Origin: Terriglobales bacterium
Lineage (GTDB): Bacteria; Acidobacteriota; Terriglobia; Terriglobales; Acidobacteriaceae
DNA: 64,000 nt
Assembly: GCA_036265385.1 (NCBI GenBank)
Contig: DATAPD010000046.1
Span: 27,059-91,058 of the forward strand
Direction of reading: 5' to 3'
The position numbers and the translations under genes were made by a program. How positions within the stretch are numbered: position 1 is the stretch's first letter; each line of letters starts with the position of its first letter. A model generated the notes under the pieces. That model saw nothing but the letters and a program-made list of their open reading frames with translations, did not search any database and was not told the DNA's origin. Positions 9,243-18,491 of this stretch are shown piece by piece.

Positions 9243-9725
9243 GTGCCCGCAAAAACAAACGCGGCTCGGTTTCTGGATAAGCTGGGTATCCGCTACGAAT
9301 TGCGCGAGTATGAAGTGGATCCAGAAGATCTTGCCGCCGAATCGGTTGCCGCAAAAATCGGGCTTCCCGCCGAGCAAGTGTTGAAAACACTGGTAGCTCG
9401 AGGCGATCGCAATGGAATTTCGAAGGCGGTAATTCCGGGAGATGCCGAACTGGAGTTGAAAGCGTTGGCCTCAGCTACTGGTGATAGAAAAATCCAGCTT
9501 GTTCCGGTGAAAGAACTGCAGGCGCTGACTGGTTACATTCGAGGCGGCGTGACTGCACTAGCGGGGAAGAAAGATTATCCGGTGTACGTGGATGAAACAC
9601 TTGAGCTGTTTGACTTAATTTCTGTTTCAGCTGGAATACGGGGAGTGCAAATCTTGCTTGCACCAGCTGACTTCCTGCGTGCAACGAAAGCGACGATTAC
9701 GGCGCTGTCGCATCCGAAGAGATAG
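9243..9725 (+). CDS. ybaK: Cys-tRNA(Pro)/Cys-tRNA(Cys) deacylase
   Basis: (GTG)PAKTNAARFLDKLGIRYELREYEV...TGYIRGGVT..G is the YbaK pattern. Confidence 0.8.
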   Translation: MPAKTNAARFLDKLGIRYELREYEVDPEDLAAESVAAKIGLPAEQVLKTLVARGDRNGISKAVIPGDAELELKALASATGDRKIQLVPVKELQALTGYIRGGVTALAGKKDYPVYVDETLELFDLISVSAGIRGVQILLAPADFLRATKATITALSHPKR

Positions 9726-9743
9726 AGAGTTTAGGGTTGGATC

Positions 9744-10271
9744 ATGTTGACGAAAATTGAATCTCGAAAAGCCGGAGAGGAAGATGCAATCTCGCTGCTG
9801 CTCGGGTGTCATGATCGCATTCGCCACTTTACCGAGGTTGCGCGGAAATTGAGCGATCATCCCGGAGCATCGGCTGTCGACAGAGCGGACGCGGCCGGCA
9901 ACGTGCTTCGCTATTACACGGTGGCGCTGCCGCTGCATGAAGCCGATGAGAACGAGTCCATTTATCCACGGTTGAAAGTAGCTCTTCCTGAAGGCGCGCT
10001 GGCGGAGGCTAATCAGCAGATGGTTGAGCAGCATGGCGGGATCGATGCGCTTATCGCTGAACTGGTGCCGATGTGGCAGGCGGTGAAATCGCGCCCGGAA
10101 GACCAGGGACGAATCAATGCTGCATTGAGAGACCGCGTCGCCCGTTTACAGAGTTTGTGGAATGTTCACTTGAGCTTGGAAGAAGAGCAGGTTGTGCCTG
10201 CGATGCGACAGTACCTCACAGCAGAAGACTTGGATCTCATCAAGCAGGAGATGCGTGAACGGCGGAAGTAG
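9744..10271 (+). CDS. Hemerythrin HHE cation-binding domain protein
   Basis: LLLGCHDRIRHF... and H/E-rich helices (LHEADENESIYPRL, VEQHGGID, HLSLEEEQVVP). Confidence 0.6.
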   Translation: MLTKIESRKAGEEDAISLLLGCHDRIRHFTEVARKLSDHPGASAVDRADAAGNVLRYYTVALPLHEADENESIYPRLKVALPEGALAEANQQMVEQHGGIDALIAELVPMWQAVKSRPEDQGRINAALRDRVARLQSLWNVHLSLEEEQVVPAMRQYLTAEDLDLIKQEMRERRK

Positions 10272-10316
10272 ACTTGCATTTCCAACAATTTGAATTTTAT
10301 GTCTGCTTTACGCAGT

Positions 10317-12023
10317 TCACTTTTTACCCACCATCCCTTGCGCTTCTAGTTTTTCGAAGACGTCTTCGGCGCGTTGCAATGCTTCCAGAACGTGTTCGCA
10401 AATGTTTTCAGGGCCGATGATTTCTTCAAACTCGGCTTGATGGATCAGTTGTGCTGGTTGCTGGCGCGCCCCACAAAGAATCAATGTCCGTCCCGTTTTA
10501 TGAAGATTTCGCGCTACTTCCTCAAGAGCAAACAAACCGGTTGCATCGAGGGCCGTCATGTTGCGAAGACGAATGATCACAATTGGCGGCAACCGATGCA
10601 TGTTCTCGGTGACCAGGGAGATCTTGTCGGTGGCACCGAACAAGAACGGACCGTGAATACGGAAAATGGTTGCGTAGTAGGGGATGTCTTTGTCCTGCAG
10701 GATGTGCACTCGGCCGTCTTCGATGTAGTCGTCAGTCACTTGTGAGACCGTGGTCGTCGCCGCAACGCGGCTGATGAAAAGAAGGGCGGCTAAAATCATG
10801 CCGGCTTCGACTGCAACGGTGAGGTCGGCAAACACAGTAAGCGCAAACGTTACGAGCCACACGCTGATGTCTGTTTTTGTCAGTTTCAGCAATTGAGGGA
10901 TTTCACGCCACTCGCCCATGTTGTAAGACACGACCATCAAAATGCCAGCGAGAACCGCCATGGGGACGAACTTCACGAGCGGCGCGGCAAAAAGCACCAC
11001 GCACAAGAGAGTCAGGGCATGGATAATACCTGCGATCGGCGACTGTGCTCCCGACCGAATATTGGTCGCTGTGCGTGCAATGGCGCCGGTGGCCGGCAGT
11101 CCGCCAAAAAGCGGCGAGAAAATATTCGCTATGCCTTGACCGAATAGTTCGACGTTCGGATTGTGGCGGTCATTGCTCATACGATCGGAAACCACCGCCG
11201 ACATGAGAGATTCGATCGCGCCAAGCATTGCGACAGTCAATGCGGGGCTCAACAAGTGCAGAATAAGGTCACTACGAAATGGTGGAATCTCGAAATGTGG
11301 CAGTCCGCTCGGGATTCCGCCGAAACGAGTGCCTACGGTTTCGACGGGAAGTTTGAATAGCGCTACCGCGGCCGTCCCCAGAAGCAACGCAACAATGGGG
11401 CCGGGTACGCGGTTCGAGATCATTCGGCAAACAATCAGGATGAATACGGTCGAGACAGCCAGAATGGTTGAGGTGTAGTTGAGGCTATGAAACTGCTGCG
11501 CGAGGGCCTGCATGCGGTGCAGGAATTCGCCGGGAACCTTGTCGAGTTGGAGCCCGAAAAAGTCTTTGATCTGCGTGCTGGCGATCAGGATTGCGATTCC
11601 GTTTGTGAAGCCAATCACAATGGGGCGAGGGATGAACTTTACGGCTGAGCCCATGCCGGTCAGTCCGAGGATGACGAGCAAGACACCTGCCATCACCGTG
11701 CACATGAACAGGCCGTCTACGCCGTAACGGGCGATGATGCCAGCAACGACTACCACGAATGCGCCGGTCGGACCGCCGATCTGGGTTTTTGAGCCTCCCA
11801 AGAGCGAAATCAGGAAACCGGTCACGATCGCGCAATAGATTCCGGCCTGCGGAGTAAGGCCAGACGCGATAGAGAACGCCATGGCCAGCGGAAGAGCAAC
11901 GAGGCCGACCGTAATTCCGGCGATCAAGTCACGTAGGAATTTGTCGGACGAGTAGTTTCGTAAGCAGAGAATTGACTTCGGCAACCAACGGTCGTCGAGC
12001 TTGGGGAAAGTAATCCCAGACAT
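10317..12023 (-). CDS. SulP family anion transporter with C-terminal STAS domain
   Basis: …DLIAGITVGLVALPLAMAFSIASG… and the multi-TM core. The C-terminal part (…IIRLRNMTALDATGLFALEEV…) is STAS-like. Confidence 0.9.
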   Translation of the reverse strand: MSGITFPKLDDRWLPKSILCLRNYSSDKFLRDLIAGITVGLVALPLAMAFSIASGLTPQAGIYCAIVTGFLISLLGGSKTQIGGPTGAFVVVVAGIIARYGVDGLFMCTVMAGVLLVILGLTGMGSAVKFIPRPIVIGFTNGIAILIASTQIKDFFGLQLDKVPGEFLHRMQALAQQFHSLNYTSTILAVSTVFILIVCRMISNRVPGPIVALLLGTAAVALFKLPVETVGTRFGGIPSGLPHFEIPPFRSDLILHLLSPALTVAMLGAIESLMSAVVSDRMSNDRHNPNVELFGQGIANIFSPLFGGLPATGAIARTATNIRSGAQSPIAGIIHALTLLCVVLFAAPLVKFVPMAVLAGILMVVSYNMGEWREIPQLLKLTKTDISVWLVTFALTVFADLTVAVEAGMILAALLFISRVAATTTVSQVTDDYIEDGRVHILQDKDIPYYATIFRIHGPFLFGATDKISLVTENMHRLPPIVIIRLRNMTALDATGLFALEEVARNLHKTGRTLILCGARQQPAQLIHQAEFEEIIGPENICEHVLEALQRAEDVFEKLEAQGMVGKK

Positions 12024-12078
12024 AGCATGATTATGGCAGTCTCAGAGCAGAAGGCGCAGTGACGAAAGTGACTACAGT

Positions 12079-12146
12079 TGAAGTTTCGAGTGTCGAGTTT
12101 CGAAGTTCAGGTTTCGAGTTTCAGGTTCGAAGTTTCAACGGTTCGG
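12079..12146. repeat. Degenerate short tandem repeat (GTTTCGAG / GTTCGAAG units)
   Basis: The sequence reads ttgaagtttcgagtgtcgagtttcgaagttcaggtttcgagtttcaggttcgaagtttcaacggttcggg. It lies in the divergent intergenic region between the SulP and DAACS genes. Confidence 0.65.
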
Positions 12147-12181
12147 GCTGAACTACCGGAAACTTGTTACTATGCCCCGGA

Positions 12182-13555
12182 ATGACGAAGCGCCTGCTCT
12201 ATCTTTCGCTTGCGGTACTTGCCGTAGCGGCATTGCTTCACGTCATTCCCGGCACGATCCCGCATGTCGTGCTCGTTGCGTCCCGGTGGGTCACGCTGGC
12301 TGCTTTCGTAAGTTATGCAGTATTCCGACGAACTCTCGCGACATGGATTGTGGTGGCCATGTTTGTCGGAGCAGTCCTCGGACACGACTGGCCCTCGCTG
12401 GCCGTGAATCTGCGAGTTGTGGCGCAGATTTTTCTACGGCTCATCAAGACGATCATCGCGCCGCTGTTATTTGCCACGCTGGTCAGCGGCATTGCGGCTC
12501 ACTCCAATCTGAAAAAAGTCGGGCGGATGGGCGTGAAGGCGATTGTCTACTTCGAGATTGTCACGACATTCGCACTCTTTATTGGTCTCGCTGCGATCAA
12601 CTTGAGCAAGGCGGGCGTTGGCGCGCAACTGCCGCCCCCCACGGGAGAAACGCTTCCGGCAACCAAGCTTACTTTTACCGACGTTCTGCTCCACACGTTC
12701 CCCGAAAACATTGCGAAGTCGGTGGCTGAAGGGCAAGTCCTACAAGTTGTCGTGTTCAGCATCCTGTTTGGGATCGCTCTGGCGCTGGTAAGAGAAGAAC
12801 GGCGGAAGCCGCTTGTACAGCTTACGGAGAGCCTTGCCGAGACGATGTTCAAGTTTACGAACATCGTCATGTATTTCGCGCCGCTCGGGGTAGGGGCTGC
12901 AATCGCGTATACGGTGGGAAGCACCGGCATGGGCATTCTGCTGAATCTGGCGAAGCTGCTGGCGACGTTGTATGTCGCACTGCTGATTTTCGTCTTCGGT
13001 GTGCTGCTGCCGATAGCACTGCTGGTGCGCGTGCCGCTGCGTCGATTCATTGCCGCGGCCGCAGAGCCGGTGACTATCGCATTTGCGACGTCCAGTTCGG
13101 AAGCGGCGCTCCCGCGCGCGATGGAGACGATGGAAGCGCTGGGTGTCCCGAGGCAAACGGTGGCTTTCGTCATGCCTACCGGATACAGCTTCAACCTGGA
13201 CGGGAGCACCTTGTATCTTTCGTTGGCTGCGATTTTCGTGGCGCAGGCTTCGAACGTCCACCTGTCGCTCGGCCATCAACTTCTGCTGATGCTCACCCTC
13301 ATGCTAACGAGTAAGGGCGTTGCAGGGGTCTCGCGAGCGGCGATCGTAATTTTACTGGGCACGGTCGGATCATTCGGGCTGCCAACGGAGCCGGTGTTCA
13401 TTTTGCTAGGGATCGATCAGTTGATGGATATGGCGCGCACATCGGTGAACGTGCTCGGCAATTGCCTCGCGACGGTTGTGATCGCGAAGTGGGAAGGGGA
13501 TTTTGAGAGTGAGAGGGCGTCGGCGGAGGTAGTGTTGGACGGAGTAAGGGAGTGA
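12182..13555 (+). CDS. Dicarboxylate/amino acid:cation symporter (DAACS, GltP/DctA-like)
   Basis: …AFATSSSEAALP…, …GYSFNLDGST… and …TSKGVAGV… are family signatures. Start set at MTKRLLYL. Confidence 0.9.
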   Translation: MTKRLLYLSLAVLAVAALLHVIPGTIPHVVLVASRWVTLAAFVSYAVFRRTLATWIVVAMFVGAVLGHDWPSLAVNLRVVAQIFLRLIKTIIAPLLFATLVSGIAAHSNLKKVGRMGVKAIVYFEIVTTFALFIGLAAINLSKAGVGAQLPPPTGETLPATKLTFTDVLLHTFPENIAKSVAEGQVLQVVVFSILFGIALALVREERRKPLVQLTESLAETMFKFTNIVMYFAPLGVGAAIAYTVGSTGMGILLNLAKLLATLYVALLIFVFGVLLPIALLVRVPLRRFIAAAAEPVTIAFATSSSEAALPRAMETMEALGVPRQTVAFVMPTGYSFNLDGSTLYLSLAAIFVAQASNVHLSLGHQLLLMLTLMLTSKGVAGVSRAAIVILLGTVGSFGLPTEPVFILLGIDQLMDMARTSVNVLGNCLATVVIAKWEGDFESERASAEVVLDGVRE

Positions 13556-13652
13556 GTCGAAATCAGCGAGTATCTCTCAGAGGGAGTTTCGGGAGAGACG
13601 ATCAGAATCGGTGGAAATGCAGGTGCCAAAGGGGTCACGCAGGAGTGCTAGG

Positions 13653-13703
13653 GTCCTTCGACTTCGTTCGGCGCGCCTCACTTCGCTCAGGAGGACAGTT
13701 TTT
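13653..13703. repeat. REP-like imperfect palindromic element, possibly also a terminator
   Basis: The sequence is GTCCTtcgacttcgttcGGCGCGCCtcacttcgctcaggAGGAC, followed by AGTTTTTG. It has outer 5-7 bp arms and a central GGCGCGCC palindrome. Only one copy is present in this window. Confidence 0.3.
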
Positions 13704-13879
13704 GAAAGCGGCTTAAGATGGTGACATCAGCTGATAGGCGGCTGAATAACCTGCGGTCATATTTGTCTGAAAAATCTGCGCTTTCCCGAGCTGTTTCGCT
13801 GTGTCCATCGGTTATACTTCAAACCCAGCCCCCGGTTCCGAAATCCTACATTCGAACTCTACATTGAGGAGGACTCCCC

Positions 13880-14725
13880 ATGCCTGACGCCGCATTGACT
13901 GGCGCCGAATTCAAAAAACAGCTGCGCGAGGGCAAGCCGAAATTCGGCCTGTTCATCAATTCGCACAGCCCGACTGTGGTTGAGCAGTTAGCATTCAGTG
14001 GATATGACTGGCTGCTCGTTGATACGCAACACGGTCCGATGACCTATGAAAAACTTTCCGCCATGCTTGCCGGCATTGCCAATGGCGGCGCAAAGTCGAT
14101 GGTTCGCGTTGGCGGATACGATGACCGTCCTGGCATTCAGCAAGCCCTGGATATGGGCGCCGATGGCGTGCTCATTCCATATATCAATACTGCCGAGGAA
14201 GCGCGCCAGGCCGTGAGCTGTGCGAAATATCCGACGGTTGGAACGCGTTCCGTGTATTTCCCGCAACGCAGTATGAATGCCGCCGGACTGCTGGGCTATG
14301 CCGGGAATTGGAACAACGAAGGCATCGTCGCGTTGCAGGTGGAAACCGCTTCGTGTATTGAGAACATCGCCGAGATCGCCGCGGTGCCGGGCGTCGATAT
14401 TCTGTTCCTTGGCCAGAACGACTTGTGCATGTCGATGGGTCTCTATAACAAGTACGAATTCCCGCACATGTATACATCGCCCGAGCTGGGCGCAGCTACG
14501 CAAAAACTGGTCGACAATGCGCGCAAGAACAACGTGATTCTTGGATTGTTCTTGTTCGGCACTTCGCGCGTCGGGGAATTCCTGGAGAAAGGGTTCACGT
14601 TCATCAGCATCGGAAATGACTTGCACCACGTGCTGACACAAGCGGGCGCATACGTGAATGACATGGAAAACATCTCCAAAGAGAAGGGCAAGACCTGGAA
14701 GCGGAGATCGACGGCGCTGTTCTAG
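13880..14725 (+). CDS. HpcH/HpaI family 2-keto-3-deoxy-acid aldolase
   Basis: …VRVGGYDDRPGIQQALDMGADGVLIPYINTAEEARQAVSCAKYPTVGTRS… and …DILFLGQNDL… fit the HpcH/HpaI aldolase pattern. GAGGAGG lies upstream of the ATG. Confidence 0.85.
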   Translation: MPDAALTGAEFKKQLREGKPKFGLFINSHSPTVVEQLAFSGYDWLLVDTQHGPMTYEKLSAMLAGIANGGAKSMVRVGGYDDRPGIQQALDMGADGVLIPYINTAEEARQAVSCAKYPTVGTRSVYFPQRSMNAAGLLGYAGNWNNEGIVALQVETASCIENIAEIAAVPGVDILFLGQNDLCMSMGLYNKYEFPHMYTSPELGAATQKLVDNARKNNVILGLFLFGTSRVGEFLEKGFTFISIGNDLHHVLTQAGAYVNDMENISKEKGKTWKRRSTALF

Positions 14726-14750
14726 GCCAAAGAGCAACTACATCGAGGTT

Positions 14751-14786
14751 CCCACCCTGTTCGCCAAGAACGCGGACAAGGGTGGG
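14751..14786. repeat. REP-like hairpin (8-bp arms CCCACCCT / AGGGTGGG, 20-nt loop)
   Basis: Direct reading. It lies 26 nt downstream of the aldolase stop and has no T-run. Confidence 0.45.
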
Positions 14787-14974
14787 GCACCCGCAAGGCC
14801 GGCGGAAAGTTAAGCCTTCTGTTTGTTTTGTGTCAGTGTTTCCACGCTGCGTTCTGGCCGCCACACTCTCTTGTTCTGTTTGACCTCTAAGTTCTGATTT
14901 ATCAATCACCACATCACTGGTGGCTCCTGTGCATTGTCATCAGGCGACTGGCGAGACCAGCACGGGAGACCACC

Positions 14975-15931
14975 ATGGCACACTTCACGCAACTTAACAT
15001 CGGTTCGAAAGAGGAATCGAAAAAACCAGAATCAATCAAGTCCCTACAGCAGAAGCGCAAGATGATGATGGAAGAAAAGGCCGTCCTGTTCGGCTCGCTA
15101 GTCATCATTTGTTTGACGTCGGGCGCAGTGCTTTTGACGACTCAGGGTTGTTCGCGCAGCTCCGAGAAACCGACATCGATTGCTCATGAAATGCCGCAAT
15201 CGCCAGCTTTCACTACACCGGCACCCGCCGCGGCTGCGCCTGCCGCGGAAAAGAAGAAACCGAAGCGGCCGGCGATCGTGACCTACAAGGATGCTGCGAG
15301 TGGTTTGTCCTTCCAGTATCCGCGGAAGTACACGATCAAGACTGGCAATACAGCGAAGGAAGATTTGGCGGGACTCGGCCCAGTGCCGATGAACTTCTCC
15401 GAAGCTGGCGGTAAAACGCTCGCCACGATTGAAGTGAATAACAGCTTCTTTCCTGGGACAGACTTGAAGACTGCGTTCGTGAACGTGAGCGTGAATTCGA
15501 CACTTGACGCGACTGAATGTTCGCAGTTTTCGGTGCCAGTGCACACTGAGGGCACCAATGTTCCGGCGTCGAATATGCAGATAGGACCAAACGATTTCGC
15601 GGTCGTGGAAGATTTCGATCAAGTGAACGCGGAACAACCTGCTGCACGCTATTACCACACGTACGCGAACGGCAGCTGCTTTGAATTTGCGCTGGGAATC
15701 GCAACGGATGGGAATGGCGATAAAGAAGAAGTGCGCGCCATCGATCGCGATGCAGTATTCGCCAAGCTAACGAAGATTGTTGCGAGCGCGCAGATCGCTT
15801 CCACCGACGAAACCAAGCCGACGGTGGCTCCGGTAGAAGTAGGACAGGCTGCGCACCCAACGGTTACTCAATCAGAGTCAGCGGGGACGGATGTTTCGAG
15901 TCCGGAAGAAAGTAACAACGACAATCATTAA
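14975..15931 (+). CDS. Hypothetical membrane-anchored or lipoprotein-like protein
   Basis: A single N-terminal hydrophobic segment ends in ...LLTTQGC. A Pro/Ala-rich linker and a roughly 200-aa domain of unknown family follow. The start is uncertain (an alternative is MMMEEK at about 15059). Confidence 0.45.
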   Translation: MAHFTQLNIGSKEESKKPESIKSLQQKRKMMMEEKAVLFGSLVIICLTSGAVLLTTQGCSRSSEKPTSIAHEMPQSPAFTTPAPAAAAPAAEKKKPKRPAIVTYKDAASGLSFQYPRKYTIKTGNTAKEDLAGLGPVPMNFSEAGGKTLATIEVNNSFFPGTDLKTAFVNVSVNSTLDATECSQFSVPVHTEGTNVPASNMQIGPNDFAVVEDFDQVNAEQPAARYYHTYANGSCFEFALGIATDGNGDKEEVRAIDRDAVFAKLTKIVASAQIASTDETKPTVAPVEVGQAAHPTVTQSESAGTDVSSPEESNNDNH

Positions 15932-15948
15932 TACCCTCCTGGAACTGT

Positions 15949-15976
15949 GGCCACGCTTCGGCGTGGCCTTTTTTAT
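15949..15976 (+). terminator. Rho-independent terminator
   Basis: GGCCACGC-TTCG-GCGTGGCC followed by TTTTTTATT, 18 nt after the stop at 15931. Confidence 0.75.
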
Positions 15977-16176
15977 TGCAGCCCGTCTTTTGGAGTGCGT
16001 GGGTTCTCCGTCTCGGATATCTAAACGATTACAAATGAAGCGGTTTGCGTTCTGGCCAAAAAAATACGGCGGCGTGTCGATTCGCGAGAGTTTCGTTCGA
16101 CATACCTGTGAAAGCGGGATTCAAGAGGCAAGTGAAAGAGTCCCTGCCGGAACAAAGATTATTAAGGAGAAGACTT

Positions 16177-16641
16177 ATGGCAAGCGCAACTATCAACACG
16201 CCGTACTTGGACAGCAACGCAGCGAGAGTTTCGGGTAAGAACCGGAAGGCTGCGAACATCACGTTGTGGATTGTGCAGGGCGTGCTGGCAGCGCTGTTCG
16301 TGTCTACCGGCGCGATGAAGATGTTCACGCCACTTGCCGTTCTCGAACAACAGGCCCACATGCCAGGCTTATTTCTGCGATTCATTGCCACGTGTGAATT
16401 GCTGGGCGCACTCGGATTAGTCTTGCCGGGCATTTTCCGGGCTCGAACTTATCTGACACCATTGGCGGCTTCGGGTCTGGTGATCATCATGATTGGCGCG
16501 ACGATTGCTACGGTTGCAGCAGTTTCTGCGGCGATGGCGACGCTGCCGTTTGTGGTGGGCGTTCTTTCTGGAGTGGTGGTATACGGGCGCCGAGAGTTCG
16601 CATCCAATCTGATCTCGCCCGAGTGTGATCGGGTAAACTGA
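16177..16641 (+). CDS. DoxX-like family membrane protein
   Basis: Start at MASATINT with AAGGAGA upstream. It has four TM helices and …LWIVQGVLAALFVSTGAMKMF… is typical of DoxX-like proteins. Confidence 0.65.
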   Translation: MASATINTPYLDSNAARVSGKNRKAANITLWIVQGVLAALFVSTGAMKMFTPLAVLEQQAHMPGLFLRFIATCELLGALGLVLPGIFRARTYLTPLAASGLVIIMIGATIATVAAVSAAMATLPFVVGVLSGVVVYGRREFASNLISPECDRVN

Positions 16642-16675
16642 ATAGAATTCTTGGGGTATCACGTCCAGTTCTGCC

Positions 16676-16700
16676 GAAACCAGGCACTTCGTCCAACGTC
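16676..16700 (+). promoter_or_regulatory. Candidate ECF-type promoter (GAAAC-N16-CGTC) upstream of the first YciI gene
   Basis: GAAAC at 16676-16680 and CGTC at 16697-16700, about 47 nt upstream of the ATG at 16747. This is a pattern match only. Confidence 0.25.
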
Positions 16701-16746
16701 TAATTGAAATCGAAAATATTCAACTGATAGAGAGAAGGAGATTTTT

Positions 16747-17181
16747 ATGCGAGTCATGGTAATCGTAAAAGCGAGCAAGGCTTCGGAAGCCGGAGTGATG
16801 CCGAGCACGGAACTGCTGACAGCTATGGGCAAGTTCAATGAAGAATTGACGAAGGCCGGCGTAATGGTGTCCGGGGATGGTCTGAAACCAAGTTCACTAG
16901 CAAAGCGCGTGGAGTTCAAAGGTGACAAGCGGGTGGTTATCGATGGTCCGTTTGCCGAGACAAAGGAACTTGTCGCCGGTTACTGGGTCTGGAATGTGAA
17001 GTCGATGGACGAAGCTTTGGAATGGGCGAAGCGATGCCCGAATCCGCACCAAGATGGCGGAACGCTGGAAATTCGCCCGTTCTTTGAGATGGAGGATTTC
17101 GGCGCCGAGTTGACACCGGAACTGAGAGAGCAGGAAGCTCGCCTTCGCGAAAAACTGGAAGGAAAACAGAAGACCGCCTAA
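16747..17181 (+). CDS. YciI/DGPF family protein
   Basis: MRVMVIVKASKASE...VIDGPFAETKELVAGYWVWNVKSMDEALEWAKRCP is the YciI-like (DGPF) pattern. Confidence 0.8.
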   Translation: MRVMVIVKASKASEAGVMPSTELLTAMGKFNEELTKAGVMVSGDGLKPSSLAKRVEFKGDKRVVIDGPFAETKELVAGYWVWNVKSMDEALEWAKRCPNPHQDGGTLEIRPFFEMEDFGAELTPELREQEARLREKLEGKQKTA

Positions 17182-17194
17182 GGATGGTTTCGCA

Positions 17195-18448
17195 TTAAGC
17201 GACAGAGGATACTTCCTTCAAGCGTTTCTCCAGAAATCTTCGTTCGCTGTCATGAGTTACGAGCGCCAGGGCGCGTTCGTAACTCTTCGCAGCTTCGCTA
17301 TTCGATCCCAGTCGCCGCAGCAGGTCGGCGCGGGCAGCATGAAGAAGATGATAGTTCTCGAGTTCATCGTCGCCGGCCAATTGGTCAATCAACGCAAGAC
17401 CAGCTTGCGGACCCTGCGCCATCGCAACGGCGACGGCTCGATTCAGAGATACCACCGGAGACGGCTGCAAACGTTCGAGGGCAGTATAGAAACGTACTAT
17501 TCCGGCCCAGTCCGTCTGCTCAGGAAGTGTTGCGCGGCAGTGCACGGCAGCAATGGACGCCTGCAATGCGAATGGACCGATCGGGCCACGCGAGACTTCC
17601 GCCACGAGCGCAAGCGCCTCTTCGATCTGTTTTTGGTGCCAGAGGGTACGATCCTGCTCCTCGAGGACTACGAGATTTCCCGATTCATCTGTTCGAGCGT
17701 CGCGACGGGCGTCGTGCAAAAGCATCAGCGCCAGCAATGCCGTGGCTTCCGCAGGAGGTTGAGGAGCCATCAACTCCCGTACCAATCGCGCGAGGCGGAT
17801 AGCTTCAGCACACAGATCGGTTCTGACGAGTTGGTGGCCACGGGTTGCGGAGTAACCTTCATTGAAGACGAGGTAAATGGCGGTGAGAACCGCGTCCACA
17901 CGTTCCGCCAGTTCGTCCGGTTCCGGAACAGCGTAGGGAATACCCGCGTCTCGAATTTTCCGTTTTGCACGCACCAATCGTTGCGCCATGGTTGGAACGG
18001 GAACAAGAAAAGCACGCGCGATCTCATCGGTTTCAAGCCCGCAGAGAGTTCGAAGTGTCAAAGCGACTTGCGCATCCATCGCCAGGGCGGGGTGGCAACA
18101 CGTAAAGATCAAGCGAAGGCGATCATCGGGGATCTCGCTGGAATCGTAGTCCGGTTTTTCGCTTTCGCGCACGAACCCGGATTTCACGTAGGAATCGAGT
18201 TTTTCCTCGAATTTTATTTTGCGTCGGATGCGGTCGATGGCCTTGTGGCGGGCAGTTTGAATGATCCAGGCTTTCGGAAATTCCGGCACGCCGCTTACTC
18301 GCCATTGATCTACGGCAGCGGCGAAAGCTTCCTGTGCAGATTCCTCAGCCAATTCGAAGTCTCCGACGAGGCTGATCAGGGCGGCGACGATCCGGCCCCA
18401 TTCGGCACGGTAGACCTCTTCTACGGCTTGTGTGGGGTCCAGAGCCAT
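17195..18448 (-). CDS. ECF sigma factor with a long C-terminal TPR-like extension (ECF42-like)
   Basis: Sigma region 2 (…EVYRAEWGRIVAALISLVGDFELAEESAQEAF…) and region 4 (…LRTLCGLETDEIARAFLVPVPTMAQRLVRAKRKI…). A helical extension of about 230 aa follows. YciI/DGPF genes sit on both sides. Confidence 0.85.
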   Translation of the reverse strand: MALDPTQAVEEVYRAEWGRIVAALISLVGDFELAEESAQEAFAAAVDQWRVSGVPEFPKAWIIQTARHKAIDRIRRKIKFEEKLDSYVKSGFVRESEKPDYDSSEIPDDRLRLIFTCCHPALAMDAQVALTLRTLCGLETDEIARAFLVPVPTMAQRLVRAKRKIRDAGIPYAVPEPDELAERVDAVLTAIYLVFNEGYSATRGHQLVRTDLCAEAIRLARLVRELMAPQPPAEATALLALMLLHDARRDARTDESGNLVVLEEQDRTLWHQKQIEEALALVAEVSRGPIGPFALQASIAAVHCRATLPEQTDWAGIVRFYTALERLQPSPVVSLNRAVAVAMAQGPQAGLALIDQLAGDDELENYHLLHAARADLLRRLGSNSEAAKSYERALALVTHDSERRFLEKRLKEVSSVA

Positions 18449-18468
18449 TCACACGATTTTAAATTTTT

Positions 18469-18491
18469 CTCGAATCGAGTGTCGATTCGAG
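18469..18491. promoter_or_regulatory. Perfect 10-bp inverted repeat (CTCGAATCGA-gtg-TCGATTCGAG) in the sigma/YciI divergent region
   Basis: Direct reading. It overlaps a TGTCGA hexamer (18480-18485), which is followed 17 nt later by CGAC (18503-18506). Confidence 0.4.

Noticed and set aside
12547-13279. 220-aa and 179-aa minus-strand ORFs inside the DAACS transporter gene
   Set aside because: They are antisense shadow ORFs. The plus-strand frame has the DAACS signatures.
13988-14737. 249-aa minus-strand ORF
   Set aside because: It is antisense to the HpcH/HpaI aldolase gene, which has clear family motifs and a GAGGAGG RBS. The antisense translation is motif-free.
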